Below are positions 53,201-61,820 of a stretch of DNA of 64,000 bases, in pieces. This DNA comes from an uncultured Desulfobacteraceae bacterium (GTDB lineage: Bacteria; Desulfobacterota; Desulfobacteria; Desulfobacterales; UBA5852), in NCBI GenBank assembly GCA_913060875.1, contig CAJXSL010000007.1:76769-140768 (forward strand). The letters run 5' to 3'. The position numbers and the translations under genes were made by a program. Positions within the stretch are counted from its first letter, which is position 1; every line of letters begins with the position of its first letter. The notes under the pieces were generated by a model. That model saw nothing but the letters and a program-made list of their open reading frames with translations. It ran no database searches and was not told the origin of the DNA.

Positions 53201-54518
53201 TTTCGATAATGGTGTCCACCTGCGGGTTCAGTTCGCAAGCCGCGCGGGCGTGGGCCGTTATTTCGTCCAGCACCAGGTCGGCACCGATGATGCGGCCGAT
53301 GAATTTCCGCCCGGACCCGGTCGTTCCGGCACCCCGCACCACCAGTTCGCTCGCATGACGGCGGGCCAGGTGATCGATGGCCTCCAGAATGCGCTGCATG
53401 GCCGCCAGCGGCCTTCCCGTGGTGCGCGTGTAAAATCCGGCCAGCACCTCATGGTCCGGCGCCATCAAAACGGCTTTGGTGCTGGTGGAACCGATATCGA
53501 CCCCCAGGTAAACCTCCTGCCGCCCGCCAAAGGCGGTGTAGCGATCGACCTCGACGGCCATGGCATCGTTTCTGTCGCTATCGGCCGGGTAACGGTACTG
53601 CTCAAGGCTGTCGAACGCCGGATAGTTGGAGAGTTCCAGTGTCAACGGTGCGTAGGTATAGGTCTGCTTGCGGGTCCTGGTTTGAAAAAGGCTTTCCGCC
53701 GATGTCACGGTGAACGTTTCCGGAGCCCGGCCATCTTTTCCCAGGTGGGTTTCAATGAAGGTCAGACCGGCGCCCAACGCTCCGGACAGGTGCGGCTGGT
53801 CAGGCACATCGACGGCAATGCCGGCCAGATCGACAATATGGCGACGCACAGCTTCATTCCGGGCCACGCCGCCGCAAAAAAGCAGCGGTTGGGTCAGCGC
53901 GGCGCCCCCCAGGACAGTATCGGCAATATTTTTAGCCAATCCGTGACACAAACCGTCGCAAATGGCTTCCAGACGATGCCCCTCCTGCTGGGCGTGAATC
54001 AGGTCGGTCTTGGCAAAAACCGCACAGCGGGATGCGATGCGGGGCCGGGGCGCCCTGTTGGCAAGGGCCAACCGGCTGATTTCCGCCGCCCCCTCGAGGC
54101 TGAGGCGCCGCGCCTGCTGGTCCAGAAAGGCGCCGGTGCCGGCCGCACAGGAGGTACTACCGCGACTGCCGAGGTAGCCGCCGTCGGCCCCCAGCCGGAT
54201 CAGTTGAAATTTTTCTCCCCCGACGTTGAGGATGGCCCGCACGTGCGGAAGAGCATAGCGGGCGGCCGCAATACAGCAGATCTGGTCATCGATTCGCGCG
54301 GTGGACCGCACGGCGCCTGGGGTCGCAGCGCTGGCCGCCACCCAGAGCGGCTGTGACAGATCGAAACCGCGCAGCAGCCGGGCCAGGGTGCCGGCGATAT
54401 CGCCGAAATGAAATCCGTAAGCAGAATTGACAATCCGCCGATCCGTGGTCAACTGGACCAAACTCACCGACACCGATCCGATGTCGATGCCAAGAACCAT
54501 TGGTGGTAATGCTTTCAT
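50244..54518 (-). CDS. giant BcrAD/BadFG/HgdC-type double ATPase (activase) fused to 2-hydroxyacyl-CoA-dehydratase-like domains
   Basis: 1424 aa. Two actin-fold ATPase modules (VLGIDIGSVSVSLV and YLGVDIGSTSTKAVL; CAAGTG in both). Then CELCTNHCKL and large C-terminal dehydratase/DUF2229-like regions. Confidence 0.8.
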   Translation of the reverse strand: MKALPPMVLGIDIGSVSVSLVQLTTDRRIVNSAYGFHFGDIAGTLARLLRGFDLSQPLWVAASAATPGAVRSTARIDDQICCIAAARYALPHVRAILNVGGEKFQLIRLGADGGYLGSRGSTSCAAGTGAFLDQQARRLSLEGAAEISRLALANRAPRPRIASRCAVFAKTDLIHAQQEGHRLEAICDGLCHGLAKNIADTVLGGAALTQPLLFCGGVARNEAVRRHIVDLAGIAVDVPDQPHLSGALGAGLTFIETHLGKDGRAPETFTVTSAESLFQTRTRKQTYTYAPLTLELSNYPAFDSLEQYRYPADSDRNDAMAVEVDRYTAFGGRQEVYLGVDIGSTSTKAVLMAPDHEVLAGFYTRTTGRPLAAMQRILEAIDHLARRHASELVVRGAGTTGSGRKFIGRIIGADLVLDEITAHARAACELNPQVDTIIEIGGQDAKFTTLKDGRVTSATMNTVCAAGTGSFIEEQAAKLGCPLETFSERTENRRAPLSSDRCTVFMERDLNHFLAEGWDPDDVLASVLHSVRENYLLKVASLGRIGEVILFQGATAKNRALIAAFEQRLQKPILVSKYCHLTGALGAALTLRDEHRQLPDRADATTFAGIDLWRADIPVRSEVCELCTNHCKLSVAEVGGETVAYGFLCGRDYETRHFVRSDSGAFDLLAQRRKAFQRPKATPSSKRPVIGLPAGGHLVEDLPLWRVFFERLGFPTVTSETFKDAVRVGKPLTDAEFCAPMTALQGHVHHLRGRCDYIFLPVYLEDRQGERSVRRQYCYYTQYAPVLAGMPAETGGAKLLSPLIRYLYTGFHTRRELYRMLNDLPGGRVAFRELNQAYDAAQRFQKERQADLQARWQDHLETRSDDIRIVLLGRPYTLFSPALNCGIPDLFHRQGIDCCYQDMLDVSPDDTRAIRPLLREIHWRYAARVMEAAQKVAHSPGLYPVLVTSFKCSPDAFVQDYFKKLMAAHDKPYLVLELDEHDSSVGYETRIEAAVRAFRNHCQTAAPAAVPAPALQQLNPDLQRGKTDRTIVLPNWDRLTGRLLEAVLRREGRQAVLMEETEATIAKSLRDNTGQCIPINAVVEGFAECLERHDLAPEDTVLWMSEACLACNIKLYPHHMKSLLNARGGGLEKAGVYVGDLFFMDVSPRASFNAVFAYMFGGLLRRVACRLRPYECHAGDVDQVLEVALEILYEAFLGRIKKQDALAAVLERFAKVPVKKTQRPKVAIFGDLYSRDNRVMNQDLIRFIERHGGEVVTTPYSDYARMIASPYFRKWFFERKFMTLVSSKALMATITRLERTYYRMFEPLLGEPMATFDDSPEKILAQYGVRIEHTGESLDNLLKVHYIKKHHPDVRLFVQASPAFCCPSLVTEAMARRIEEVTGVPVVPITYDGTGGRKNDAIIPYLKFPRAVEARQGHPLGRVG

Positions 54519-54781
54519 TCAATATCCTTTTCAGTCTGTCATCACTTGGTCGCAAGAAAAAATGCCGCAGGGGAATCCTTCAGGTGCAAAACAGCCGCAG
54601 AAATAATTGCGGGAATGAGGTGGCGGATGATCGTGCCGATGCCCGCGCTTGGTCACCCTGATAGGTGAAATATCGGTTTTACATTTTTTTTACAATCATT
54701 TTTTCGATATTTTGTCGGAGAGGCAGAATTAGGCAGGTTTTGTAATCTCCTCAGGCGGGTTTGTCGCCATCATGAGCAAAA

Positions 54782-54797
54782 GGCAACGCCGTTGCCA
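54782..54797 (-). promoter_or_regulatory. sigma-54 promoter-like palindrome TGGCAACGGCGTTGCC
   Basis: GG-N10-GC spacing with TTGC at -12, about 265 nt upstream of the activase ATG. The sequence is self-complementary, so it may equally be just a hairpin. Confidence 0.3.
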
Positions 54798-55042
54798 ATA
54801 ACAATATATACTACTGTTATTTATAGTTTTTTATATTCTACAAAAAGATTGTCCGCAGGCATGCATAACCAAGGCAGGGGCTGGCCACTATGGGCAAGGC
54901 GTTAGCAATTTAAGGGCCATGCATATCTAATATGACATTATTTTTACAAACGCCATCGTAACTTTCGGCCATAAATCGCCATATGGCAACCGGCATGCTT
55001 TGCCCTGGCGTATTTCAGTCGTCAAACTTAAGCAAATACCCA

Positions 55043-55633
55043 TCAACGGCATCGAATACGATTGACCCCATTGTCATACGGATGGGGCTGCCAGTCATAG
55101 ACGTCGTCCGCAACGCGGGTCCAAAATAGGTTGCCGGCGTTTCGCCAGGGGTCCATGACCAAACCGGTTTCAAAACGGCCCCCGGCGGCGGTGACGACAA
55201 CGCAGCTGTGTTCGCGCCAGGTGCCGTGTCGGCTGACGCCCCACAGGGCACGATAGTTTATAAGCCCCAGCGCCTTGATTTCGCCCAGAAGGTCCTGGGT
55301 CCAGTGACAGCACAATCCCTTGTCCCGAAGCCCGATATTCACCAGGAAATTGTGCCAGAGGGCGGGCGGCTGCACCCGGTATTCCCGGGCAAGGTTTGCG
55401 GAGCTTTCCAGCAGGGCTTGGGCCAGGCGGGGCACCTCATCATCGCGGTAGCCCAGCAGTTGCGCCAGATCCCCTTCCAGGCGAACAAGGTCATCAGGCG
55501 CCCGGTGCGAAGCCCCGTCGTACCGGGATCCCCCCGGATGCCCTGCCGTGGTGCAGCCGCAGCAAACGAGGGCCACCAGCGCTGCCCGCAGAAAGAACTT
55601 GATGGACCGACCGCGAATGTAAGGCCGACCCAT
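55043..55633 (-). CDS. lipoprotein with a possible papain/transglutaminase-like Cys-His-Asp core
   Basis: Trimmed to MGRPYIRGRSIKFFLRAALVALVCCGC (lipobox). Also GLCCHW, REHSCVVV, VMDPW. The fold assignment is tentative. Confidence 0.5.
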   Translation of the reverse strand: MGRPYIRGRSIKFFLRAALVALVCCGCTTAGHPGGSRYDGASHRAPDDLVRLEGDLAQLLGYRDDEVPRLAQALLESSANLAREYRVQPPALWHNFLVNIGLRDKGLCCHWTQDLLGEIKALGLINYRALWGVSRHGTWREHSCVVVTAAGGRFETGLVMDPWRNAGNLFWTRVADDVYDWQPHPYDNGVNRIRCR

Positions 55634-55667
55634 TTCCGTGAAAGTTGTCACGACATCACGGCAGCCG

Positions 55668-56135
55668 CTATTCGACGGCATTTTCCAAGGAGACTTTTTC
55701 ACCATCCGCCACTGCCCCGGCATCCAGCACGATGAGCCGCACCCTCCCGGTCGCCACCAACCGGTCGCGATCGTCTTTTATCTCCGCCTCCCAGACGTGG
55801 GAGCGGCTGCCGCGCACCAGAGGACGCGCCGTGCAGCGCAGGGTTCCCGATCGGACGGCCCGCAGAAAGGATGTGGTGTTTTCGAGTCCCACGGCGCTCT
55901 TGCCCTCGTTCCAGACACTGAGAGCCGCGCCGGTACTGCAGATACTTTCGATCATGCCGGCATAGACACCGCCGTGGACCAGGCCGTAAGGCTGCCGGTG
56001 ACGGTCATCGACGGTCAACTCGGCAACATAGCGGTCCGGTGCGGCTTCGACAAACCGCAGCCCCATGGCATTGTTGTATCCGCCCAATCGGTCATTGATC
56101 AGATCGATCATGTTTTCCGGAAAAGCATCCATCAA
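55668..56135 (-). CDS. PaaI-type hotdog-fold thioesterase
   Basis: 155 aa. HRQPYGLVHGGVYAGMIESICS. Confidence 0.75.
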   Translation of the reverse strand: MMDAFPENMIDLINDRLGGYNNAMGLRFVEAAPDRYVAELTVDDRHRQPYGLVHGGVYAGMIESICSTGAALSVWNEGKSAVGLENTTSFLRAVRSGTLRCTARPLVRGSRSHVWEAEIKDDRDRLVATGRVRLIVLDAGAVADGEKVSLENAVE

Positions 56136-56178
56136 TCAGCATTCTCCTTGTGTGCACGGAAAGATTTGAGACGAGGTT

Positions 56179-56559
56179 TCATCCGATACGGCAAAAAAGG
56201 TAAGGCGCGACCGCCACCCACACCAGGATGACCGGCCATACCCGGCCTGCTTTCAAATTGTAATCCCGGCGCAATCGCCGCCAGGAATGTCCCGCCACAT
56301 AGTGACCGAAGCCGAACTCGAACAGCAGGGTCATCATGAACCAAATCATGCCGATCCCAACAGCCTGGCCGTCCGAGGCCGGCGACCGGAAACGCATGAC
56401 GGCGCCGATATAGATACCGAAAAGGATAACGCCGATGAGGGTCGACAACTGATGGGCCCGGAGTTCGCGCATGTGCCTTCCATACCAGCCATCCCGCACC
56501 ACACCGTTGGCAATGGCGATGGCCACCATGGGAAACCAAGCCAGGATATAGATCCACAT
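56179..56559 (-). CDS. integral membrane protein, unknown function
   Basis: 126 aa with four hydrophobic helices. Confidence 0.5.
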   Translation of the reverse strand: MWIYILAWFPMVAIAIANGVVRDGWYGRHMRELRAHQLSTLIGVILFGIYIGAVMRFRSPASDGQAVGIGMIWFMMTLLFEFGFGHYVAGHSWRRLRRDYNLKAGRVWPVILVWVAVAPYLFCRIG

Positions 56560-56645
56560 AGTCGCCGCCTCGGTATGGTGTCCTTTTCAGATTTCGTGCG
56601 GTGGCCGGAAACTCACCCCCGCCGGATGGCCCAGACGATGATACA

Positions 56646-57266
56646 CTACCGCTCCATGGCGGCGGTGAAAACACCGGCGCCAATCAAGGCCGTTCCACCA
56701 CAGCAGTCGAGACATCTTCGAACCCATGTTTTCTTCAATGTGTCACGCAGGTGGCCGGCAAAAACAGCATACAAGGCCGCATTGACCGTTGCCATCACCA
56801 GAAAGGTGGAACCCAGAACAACAAACTGGGCGAATGTGGGCGCCTGGTGGTTGATGAATTGGGGCAGAAAAGCCACGAAAAAAGCAATGCTTTTGGGGTT
56901 CAAGGCCGTCACGATATAAGCGCCTCGAAAAAGCGCATGGGCTGAATCCTGCCGGGTCGCCACTGTCGTTTCATGGTCGGCCGGGTCGGTTCGCCACAAC
57001 TTTATGCCCAGGTAAACGAGATAAAGCGCACCGATCCATTTGAGAACAATAAAAAGCGTGGCCGAAGCCGACAGGACGGCGCCCAGACCCAGCAGGGACA
57101 GGGTCATGGCGGTAAAATCCCCCGCCAGCACGCCGGCAACCAGCGGGACGACCGATTTGCGACCATGGGCGATGGCCTGGCTGACAACCAGGATAATCGT
57201 GGGGCCGGGAATCACCAGGATAATTTCGGCGGCAATGACAAACGTAACCCAAACTTCCAGACTCAT
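56646..57266 (-). CDS. LysE/RhtB family amino-acid exporter
   Basis: 206 aa. N-terminal ...IPGPTIILVVSQAIAHGRK... is typical of the LysE family. Confidence 0.75.
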   Translation of the reverse strand: MSLEVWVTFVIAAEIILVIPGPTIILVVSQAIAHGRKSVVPLVAGVLAGDFTAMTLSLLGLGAVLSASATLFIVLKWIGALYLVYLGIKLWRTDPADHETTVATRQDSAHALFRGAYIVTALNPKSIAFFVAFLPQFINHQAPTFAQFVVLGSTFLVMATVNAALYAVFAGHLRDTLKKTWVRRCLDCCGGTALIGAGVFTAAMER

Positions 57267-57336
57267 AAGGCGTTCTTTCCAACACGTGCGGATAGAGAAT
57301 GGTTTTATGACACCAAGTGAAGCCTACAACCCCATA

Positions 57337-57858
57337 TTACAATGACCCGTCCAGCTCGTCCGCCACCACAGCTTTGCAGGACCGGCAGCGCTGAGCGCCC
57401 CTGAAAAGGGGTTCGCCGCAGTTTGAACAGTGGTAGCGCTCACATTCGGAACGGGCCCAGGCCTCGCTGCCTTGGTCGTCGCCCTGGGCATCCACGCAGA
57501 TCCGCCATTCCGGTATGGCCCGCTGCATCACACGCCGGCCGGTGGCGACGGGGAAATCCCGTATCATGTCGCAAGGCCAGTCCCCGCATTGGTGGCAGGA
57601 ATAGAATCCCCTGGATTTGACACAATCCCGAATCCTACATGCACGGCAATACGTATATAATTTTGAGGCCGGGTCAGCCTGCATGCATCCCAGGCATTCG
57701 GTTTCTTCAGGCTTAGTACCATAGAGATTACCCAGGATCGCCTTGAATTTGGGATTCCCGTCCCGGGTGGCGATATAGACCCCGCAGGTGCCGCAATACA
57801 GTCCGCAGGGCGCCATTAAATCCTTATTCCTTATTTCTTCTTCGCGCCAGCCTTTCAT
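57337..57858 (-). CDS. Cys-rich DUF3795-like protein
   Basis: Trimmed to MKGWREEEIRNKDLMAPCGLYCGTCGVY... Further CLGC, CRACRIRDC, CHQCGDWPC, CSNC...CRSC clusters. Confidence 0.65.
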   Translation of the reverse strand: MKGWREEEIRNKDLMAPCGLYCGTCGVYIATRDGNPKFKAILGNLYGTKPEETECLGCMQADPASKLYTYCRACRIRDCVKSRGFYSCHQCGDWPCDMIRDFPVATGRRVMQRAIPEWRICVDAQGDDQGSEAWARSECERYHCSNCGEPLFRGAQRCRSCKAVVADELDGSL

Positions 57859-57925
57859 GATGATTCCCCTCCATTCCATCCGGTTAAAAATGCGCCCACG
57901 CGTGGACATCGGCTACACTCGCGGA

Positions 57926-58792
57926 TCAGTCGATTCCCCGGCGGAAGGCGAACTGCTCTTTGTGGAACATGATGCGGGCCATGATGAGATCCAGAATAAG
58001 CTTGACGCGCCGCTCGAGGGTCTTGCCCGGGCGGTAATCGGCCGGGGCAAAATAGTCGATGCGGTTGGCTTTGGCAAGTTTGCGGCAAACCGCCTGGGAT
58101 TCGGGATTGCGGGGCTTGTAGACGGCCACGGCAAACCCGCCGTTGTTCTTGGTCACGGTCATGCAGGGCACATCCGTCAGCCCGTCGCCGATGTAGAGCA
58201 TGTTCTCGAAGGGAATCGGCCGATCCGCTTCGGGCATGTAGTCATTGATGGACCGGTTGATATCTTCGATGCCCTTGTTGATGCGAAAAATATATTGGGT
58301 TTTGGAGGTGTCGTTGATCACCACAGTGGGAAACCGCGCTGCATCGTGGTGATCGAAATAATATTCCGAAGCATACATCCGGGCGAAATGCCGCCTGATT
58401 TTAATTCCCTCCAGAATCTCTTTGAGCCCGGCCGAAACAATATAGTGTTTGACCTTGACCTTTCCGTCCGAAACCGTTTGCACATGCCGGTTGATCCGAT
58501 CGAACCATGATTCCACCCCGGGAAAATAGCGGATGCCTTTGGCCAGTTCCCGTAATTTTTTCTTGTTGAGATGGGTGCGCCGGGACTCGATTTTCTCGAT
58601 CAGAAGACGCATGTAGGTCAGCATGGCGTCGGCATTGTATTCCCGGGCTTCACGCTGGCACTCCTCCCAAAAGGCCTGGGGGCTCAGGCCGAGTTCGGGA
58701 AGAACAGTGTATTCCTGCATGGGCTGCGGGGAAAGCGTGCCGTCGAAGTCATACACCAGGGCGACGGTATTCTGCCTGAAGGACTTGCGCAA
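57926..58792 (-). CDS. HAD-superfamily hydrolase-like protein
   Basis: 288 aa. Motif I ALVYDFDGTLSP, later VSAGL and YIGDGLTDVPCM. Confidence 0.65.
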   Translation of the reverse strand: MRKSFRQNTVALVYDFDGTLSPQPMQEYTVLPELGLSPQAFWEECQREAREYNADAMLTYMRLLIEKIESRRTHLNKKKLRELAKGIRYFPGVESWFDRINRHVQTVSDGKVKVKHYIVSAGLKEILEGIKIRRHFARMYASEYYFDHHDAARFPTVVINDTSKTQYIFRINKGIEDINRSINDYMPEADRPIPFENMLYIGDGLTDVPCMTVTKNNGGFAVAVYKPRNPESQAVCRKLAKANRIDYFAPADYRPGKTLERRVKLILDLIMARIMFHKEQFAFRRGID

Positions 58793-58852
58793 TGTTTATC
58801 CTCGATCGTGATGCAAATTGTGACTGGGCTGGCCGCCATCCCGACGGGGATA

Positions 58853-59206
58853 TCAGTGCAGGATGATATCGGAACGTTTCGGCCGGACATATTTAGGGCT
58901 GATCTTCGTGACGGTTTCGGGTGCATCCACGCGATTCGCATCGATGATCGCAATGCGGATCTCGTCCCCCTGACGTACCTCCCGTCCTTTCCACTGCAAG
59001 TTCTCGAACTGGTTGCCGCCCAGGTTTCTCTGGCCGTTGACAACCAGTTTCAATTCTTCCCCCGAAACCTCCGAACGGACCTCGACCGGCAGTTGGCTGA
59101 CATCCCGTTTGGTCCACGAGAGAATGGATGTCAGTATCCCCAGATCGGAATCCACACCCGCCGTATAAATTTTCTCGTCATTGATCCAAATTTCAAAAGC
59201 CAGCAT
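58853..59206 (-). CDS. hypothetical protein (117 aa)
   Basis: Trimmed to MLAFEIWINDEKIY... No motif recognised. Confidence 0.4.
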   Translation of the reverse strand: MLAFEIWINDEKIYTAGVDSDLGILTSILSWTKRDVSQLPVEVRSEVSGEELKLVVNGQRNLGGNQFENLQWKGREVRQGDEIRIAIIDANRVDAPETVTKISPKYVRPKRSDIILH

Positions 59207-59355
59207 GATGTACCTTTCCGCCACCCTCCGGAAAAACGTCAGCGGATACGCGAACAACCGGGACGCTATGAGGGCTGGACAAACGTAAACATTTTATCGC
59301 AAATCGGGCTCTTTCATCTATAGGAACGGTCCAAACCACCTTGTATTCTATGGTG

Positions 59356-60120
59356 CTAACGTTTGGGGAAAAAGCCTTTGAGCCGTCCCAAGGCCCGTTT
59401 TCTCCCGGCAGGCTCCTCCACGTCCTTCACCACACGAAAACCCACCCGGGGACTGCGGCGCTGGGGGGAACTGAGGCTGCGGATAGCGCAACGGCAGTAC
59501 CAGGCATCGGACCCCCAGTCGCCGCCGCGCAGAACCCGGGCCACGCCTTTGCGCGGTCCCGCGGGCTGCCGGTCCGGACTCACGGCATAATAGTCCCGCT
59601 GGTACCAGTCCGCACACCACTCGTGGACATTGCCGTGCATATCGCAGAGGCCCCAGTCATTGGGTGTGAGCTGCCCCACAGGATGCGTGCCGCCGCCGCT
59701 GTTCGGCTGATACCAGGCAAATTCCGCCAACCGGCGCGTTTCCGGTCCGAAGGCATAGGTGCTCCGGGAGCCCGCCCGGGCGGCATATTCCCATTCCGCT
59801 TCCGTGGGCAGGCGATAGGTGTGCGTCGCCTCCATGGTATTCAGCTGCTTAAGAAATGCGGCGGCATCGTCGTGCGAAACCGTCTCCACCGGATGATCGG
59901 CACGGTTAAACGCACTGGGGTTGCCCCCCATCACGGCCTTCCATTGGGATTGGGTAACCGCAAACTTGCCCATATAAAAAGGCTTGCCCAAGGTGACGTC
60001 GTGCTTTGGCAGTTCGTTTTCATCCGCCTGTTCCGCATCCCAATCCCCCCCCATGGAAAATGTACCCGCAGGGAGCAAAATCAGTTCCATGGCAATGCTG
60101 TTGATCAAAGGTTCCGCCAT
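59356..60120 (-). CDS. formylglycine-generating-enzyme (SUMF1/FGE-sulfatase) family protein
   Basis: LILLPAGTFSMGG, FYMGKFAVTQSQW, HPVETVSHDDAAAF, YRLPTEAEWEYAARAG, GLCDMHGNVHEWCADW, RVLRGGDW. Confidence 0.8.
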   Translation of the reverse strand: MAEPLINSIAMELILLPAGTFSMGGDWDAEQADENELPKHDVTLGKPFYMGKFAVTQSQWKAVMGGNPSAFNRADHPVETVSHDDAAAFLKQLNTMEATHTYRLPTEAEWEYAARAGSRSTYAFGPETRRLAEFAWYQPNSGGGTHPVGQLTPNDWGLCDMHGNVHEWCADWYQRDYYAVSPDRQPAGPRKGVARVLRGGDWGSDAWYCRCAIRSLSSPQRRSPRVGFRVVKDVEEPAGRKRALGRLKGFFPKR

Positions 60121-60182
60121 GCCGTACCCCCATGTTGTCACCACCATCGCGACAAAGCGCTATGCCGCGGGCGGGAAGCGGC

Positions 60183-60710
60183 CTATGCCCCGTACCCGGC
60201 ATCACGCCATTGGTCGGCCAGAGCCAAAAGGATCGATGCCACCGCGTCCTTGTGCTCAACCATGAGCAGCCGGGCAAAACGTCCGGGGCCGAAAAGCATC
60301 GTCCCGAGCTTTTCCGCATCGACGGACAAACGGACAGCGACAACCCGCGGCCCATGGCGCTGAAGCACCGTTTCCAGCCGTCGATAAAAACGCTCAGCGC
60401 CGTCATTGCTCAAAAACAGCAGTCGGGAAATACGTTCTCCGCGGGCCACGCCGCTTTTACGATCCGCCATCTGCTGGCCCCGCGCCTCGGCCGCCAATTT
60501 TTGCTCCGCTTTTTCAAGGCTGCGCACAACCCGCCCGGCATGATAGGCCGCCCGAAGCGTCCCCAGCAAGGGATCCCCCAGTTGCGCCTCCGCAACCTTA
60601 TAGGTCCCGGCCGGCCAAAGGGGATGGCCGGCGTTCGCTAGAATATGCACCAATTGAGGTGCGCGAGAATCCGAGGCAATCGATTTGGGCAGACGCAGAT
60701 CTGGATGCAT
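60183..60710 (-). CDS. hypothetical protein with a possible L7Ae/YlxQ-like C-terminal fold
   Basis: Start taken at the ATG at 60710, because the longer track ORF (to 60806) runs through the etfA terminator hairpin. The C-terminal pattern LLFLSNDGAERF...VVAVRLSVDAEKLGTMLFGPGRFARLLMV is weakly L7Ae-like. Confidence 0.4.
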   Translation of the reverse strand: MHPDLRLPKSIASDSRAPQLVHILANAGHPLWPAGTYKVAEAQLGDPLLGTLRAAYHAGRVVRSLEKAEQKLAAEARGQQMADRKSGVARGERISRLLFLSNDGAERFYRRLETVLQRHGPRVVAVRLSVDAEKLGTMLFGPGRFARLLMVEHKDAVASILLALADQWRDAGYGA

Positions 60711-60782
60711 GGTCAGTATGCTTTGCGATTTGGATTGAAGGTTAACGAACCGTATCGTAATTTCATGCTTCAGGCAAACCCC

Positions 60783-60822
60783 ATATAAAAAGCCGGCTGC
60801 TTCCACAAGGAAACAGCCGGCT
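60783..60822 (-). terminator. Rho-independent terminator after etfA
   Basis: On the minus strand a 9-bp perfect stem AGCCGGCUG / CAGCCGGCU (60814-60822 pairs with 60791-60799) has a 14-nt loop and is followed by UUUUUAUAU. Confidence 0.7.
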
Positions 60823-60851
60823 TATAGGTCAAACGTGGTGTTTGGTTCTGT

Positions 60852-61820
60852 TTAGAGTTCTTCGATCTTCTCGGTCAGTTCCGGCAGGAAGTCAAGCATA
60901 TCGTCGACGACACCGACATCGGCCACTTGGAAAATGGGAGCCTTCGGGTTCTTGTTGATGGCCACGATAAAGGGATTGCCCTTGATGCCGCCCATATGCT
61001 GGAACGAACCGCTGATGCCGCAGGCCAGGTAGACTTTCGGCTTGACGGTCTGTCCGGAAGTCCCAACCTGACGGGCCTTCGGCAGCCATTTGGCGTCGAC
61101 GATGGGACGGGAGCAGGACACGTCCGCCCCCATGGCTTTGGCCAGATCGAAGGCGATTTCCAGATTTTCCTCGTCTTCGATACCCCGACCGCAGGAAACC
61201 AGCACTTCCGATTTGGTGATATCGACATCGCCGGCTTCCGCTTCGACGATTTCCAGAAATTTGCGATTGACCGCGAGATCCCCGGCTTCGGCCGATTTAT
61301 CGACCACCTGGCCGCCGGCGCCTTTGGACTCGTCCGCTGCAAAAGCCCCCGGCCGCATCGTCATCACAGCCCCCTGAGAGGCATCACAGGTGACATGGGC
61401 GCTGACGGCACCGCCGAATTCCTGGCGCACGAGTTTCAGGGTAGCGCCGTCGGCGCCTTCAACATCGACAACATCCGACACAAAGGCCGAATCCATCTTG
61501 ACCGACAGGCCCGGCGCCAGATCCATGCCCAAATGTTCATGGGCAAACAACAAAATGCTGTCCGCCGGCAGAATATTGACCAGCAGTTTGCGGATCATCT
61601 CCGCATCCGGATAGGTGATGGCATCATTGGCCACTTTCCAGACTTCACCGTAGCTGGCGACCATTTCGTTGCACACCGCATCCAGGGAATCACCGGAGCC
61701 CACGACAATCGCGTTGGGTGTTGCCCCGGCATCAATTTTTTTGGCGGCGGCGGCCAATTCAAGGGCCGTATCGTCGACAACGCCGTCCTTGTGCAGAATA
61801 TAGGAAAATATCTGAGCCAT
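60852..61820 (-). CDS. etfA: electron transfer flavoprotein subunit alpha
   Basis: 322 aa. C-terminal FAD-binding signature GRGI...RPIVDAKW...QVGTSGQTVKPKVYLACGISGSFQH..G. Its start overlaps the etfB stop. Confidence 0.9.
   Translation of the reverse strand: MAQIFSYILHKDGVVDDTALELAAAAKKIDAGATPNAIVVGSGDSLDAVCNEMVASYGEVWKVANDAITYPDAEMIRKLLVNILPADSILLFAHEHLGMDLAPGLSVKMDSAFVSDVVDVEGADGATLKLVRQEFGGAVSAHVTCDASQGAVMTMRPGAFAADESKGAGGQVVDKSAEAGDLAVNRKFLEIVEAEAGDVDITKSEVLVSCGRGIEDEENLEIAFDLAKAMGADVSCSRPIVDAKWLPKARQVGTSGQTVKPKVYLACGISGSFQHMGGIKGNPFIVAINKNPKAPIFQVADVGVVDDMLDFLPELTEKIEEL

Noticed and set aside
50139-54356. Long plus-strand ORFs (580 aa at 50139..51881, 368 aa at 53250..54356 and others) inside the activase locus
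   Set aside because: They are antisense shadow frames of the 1424-aa gene in GC-rich DNA. The sequences are Gly/Arg/Pro/His-rich and low in complexity, with no recognisable domain.
54984-54999. Plus-strand TGGCAACCGGCATGCT, a good sigma-54 match
   Set aside because: It points into the 3-prime end of a convergent minus-strand gene and has no downstream plus-strand gene. It is probably fortuitous.
60711-60806. N-terminal extension (GTG start) of ORF 60183..60806
   Set aside because: It runs through the strong etfA terminator hairpin (60783-60822), so the ATG at 60710 is preferred.
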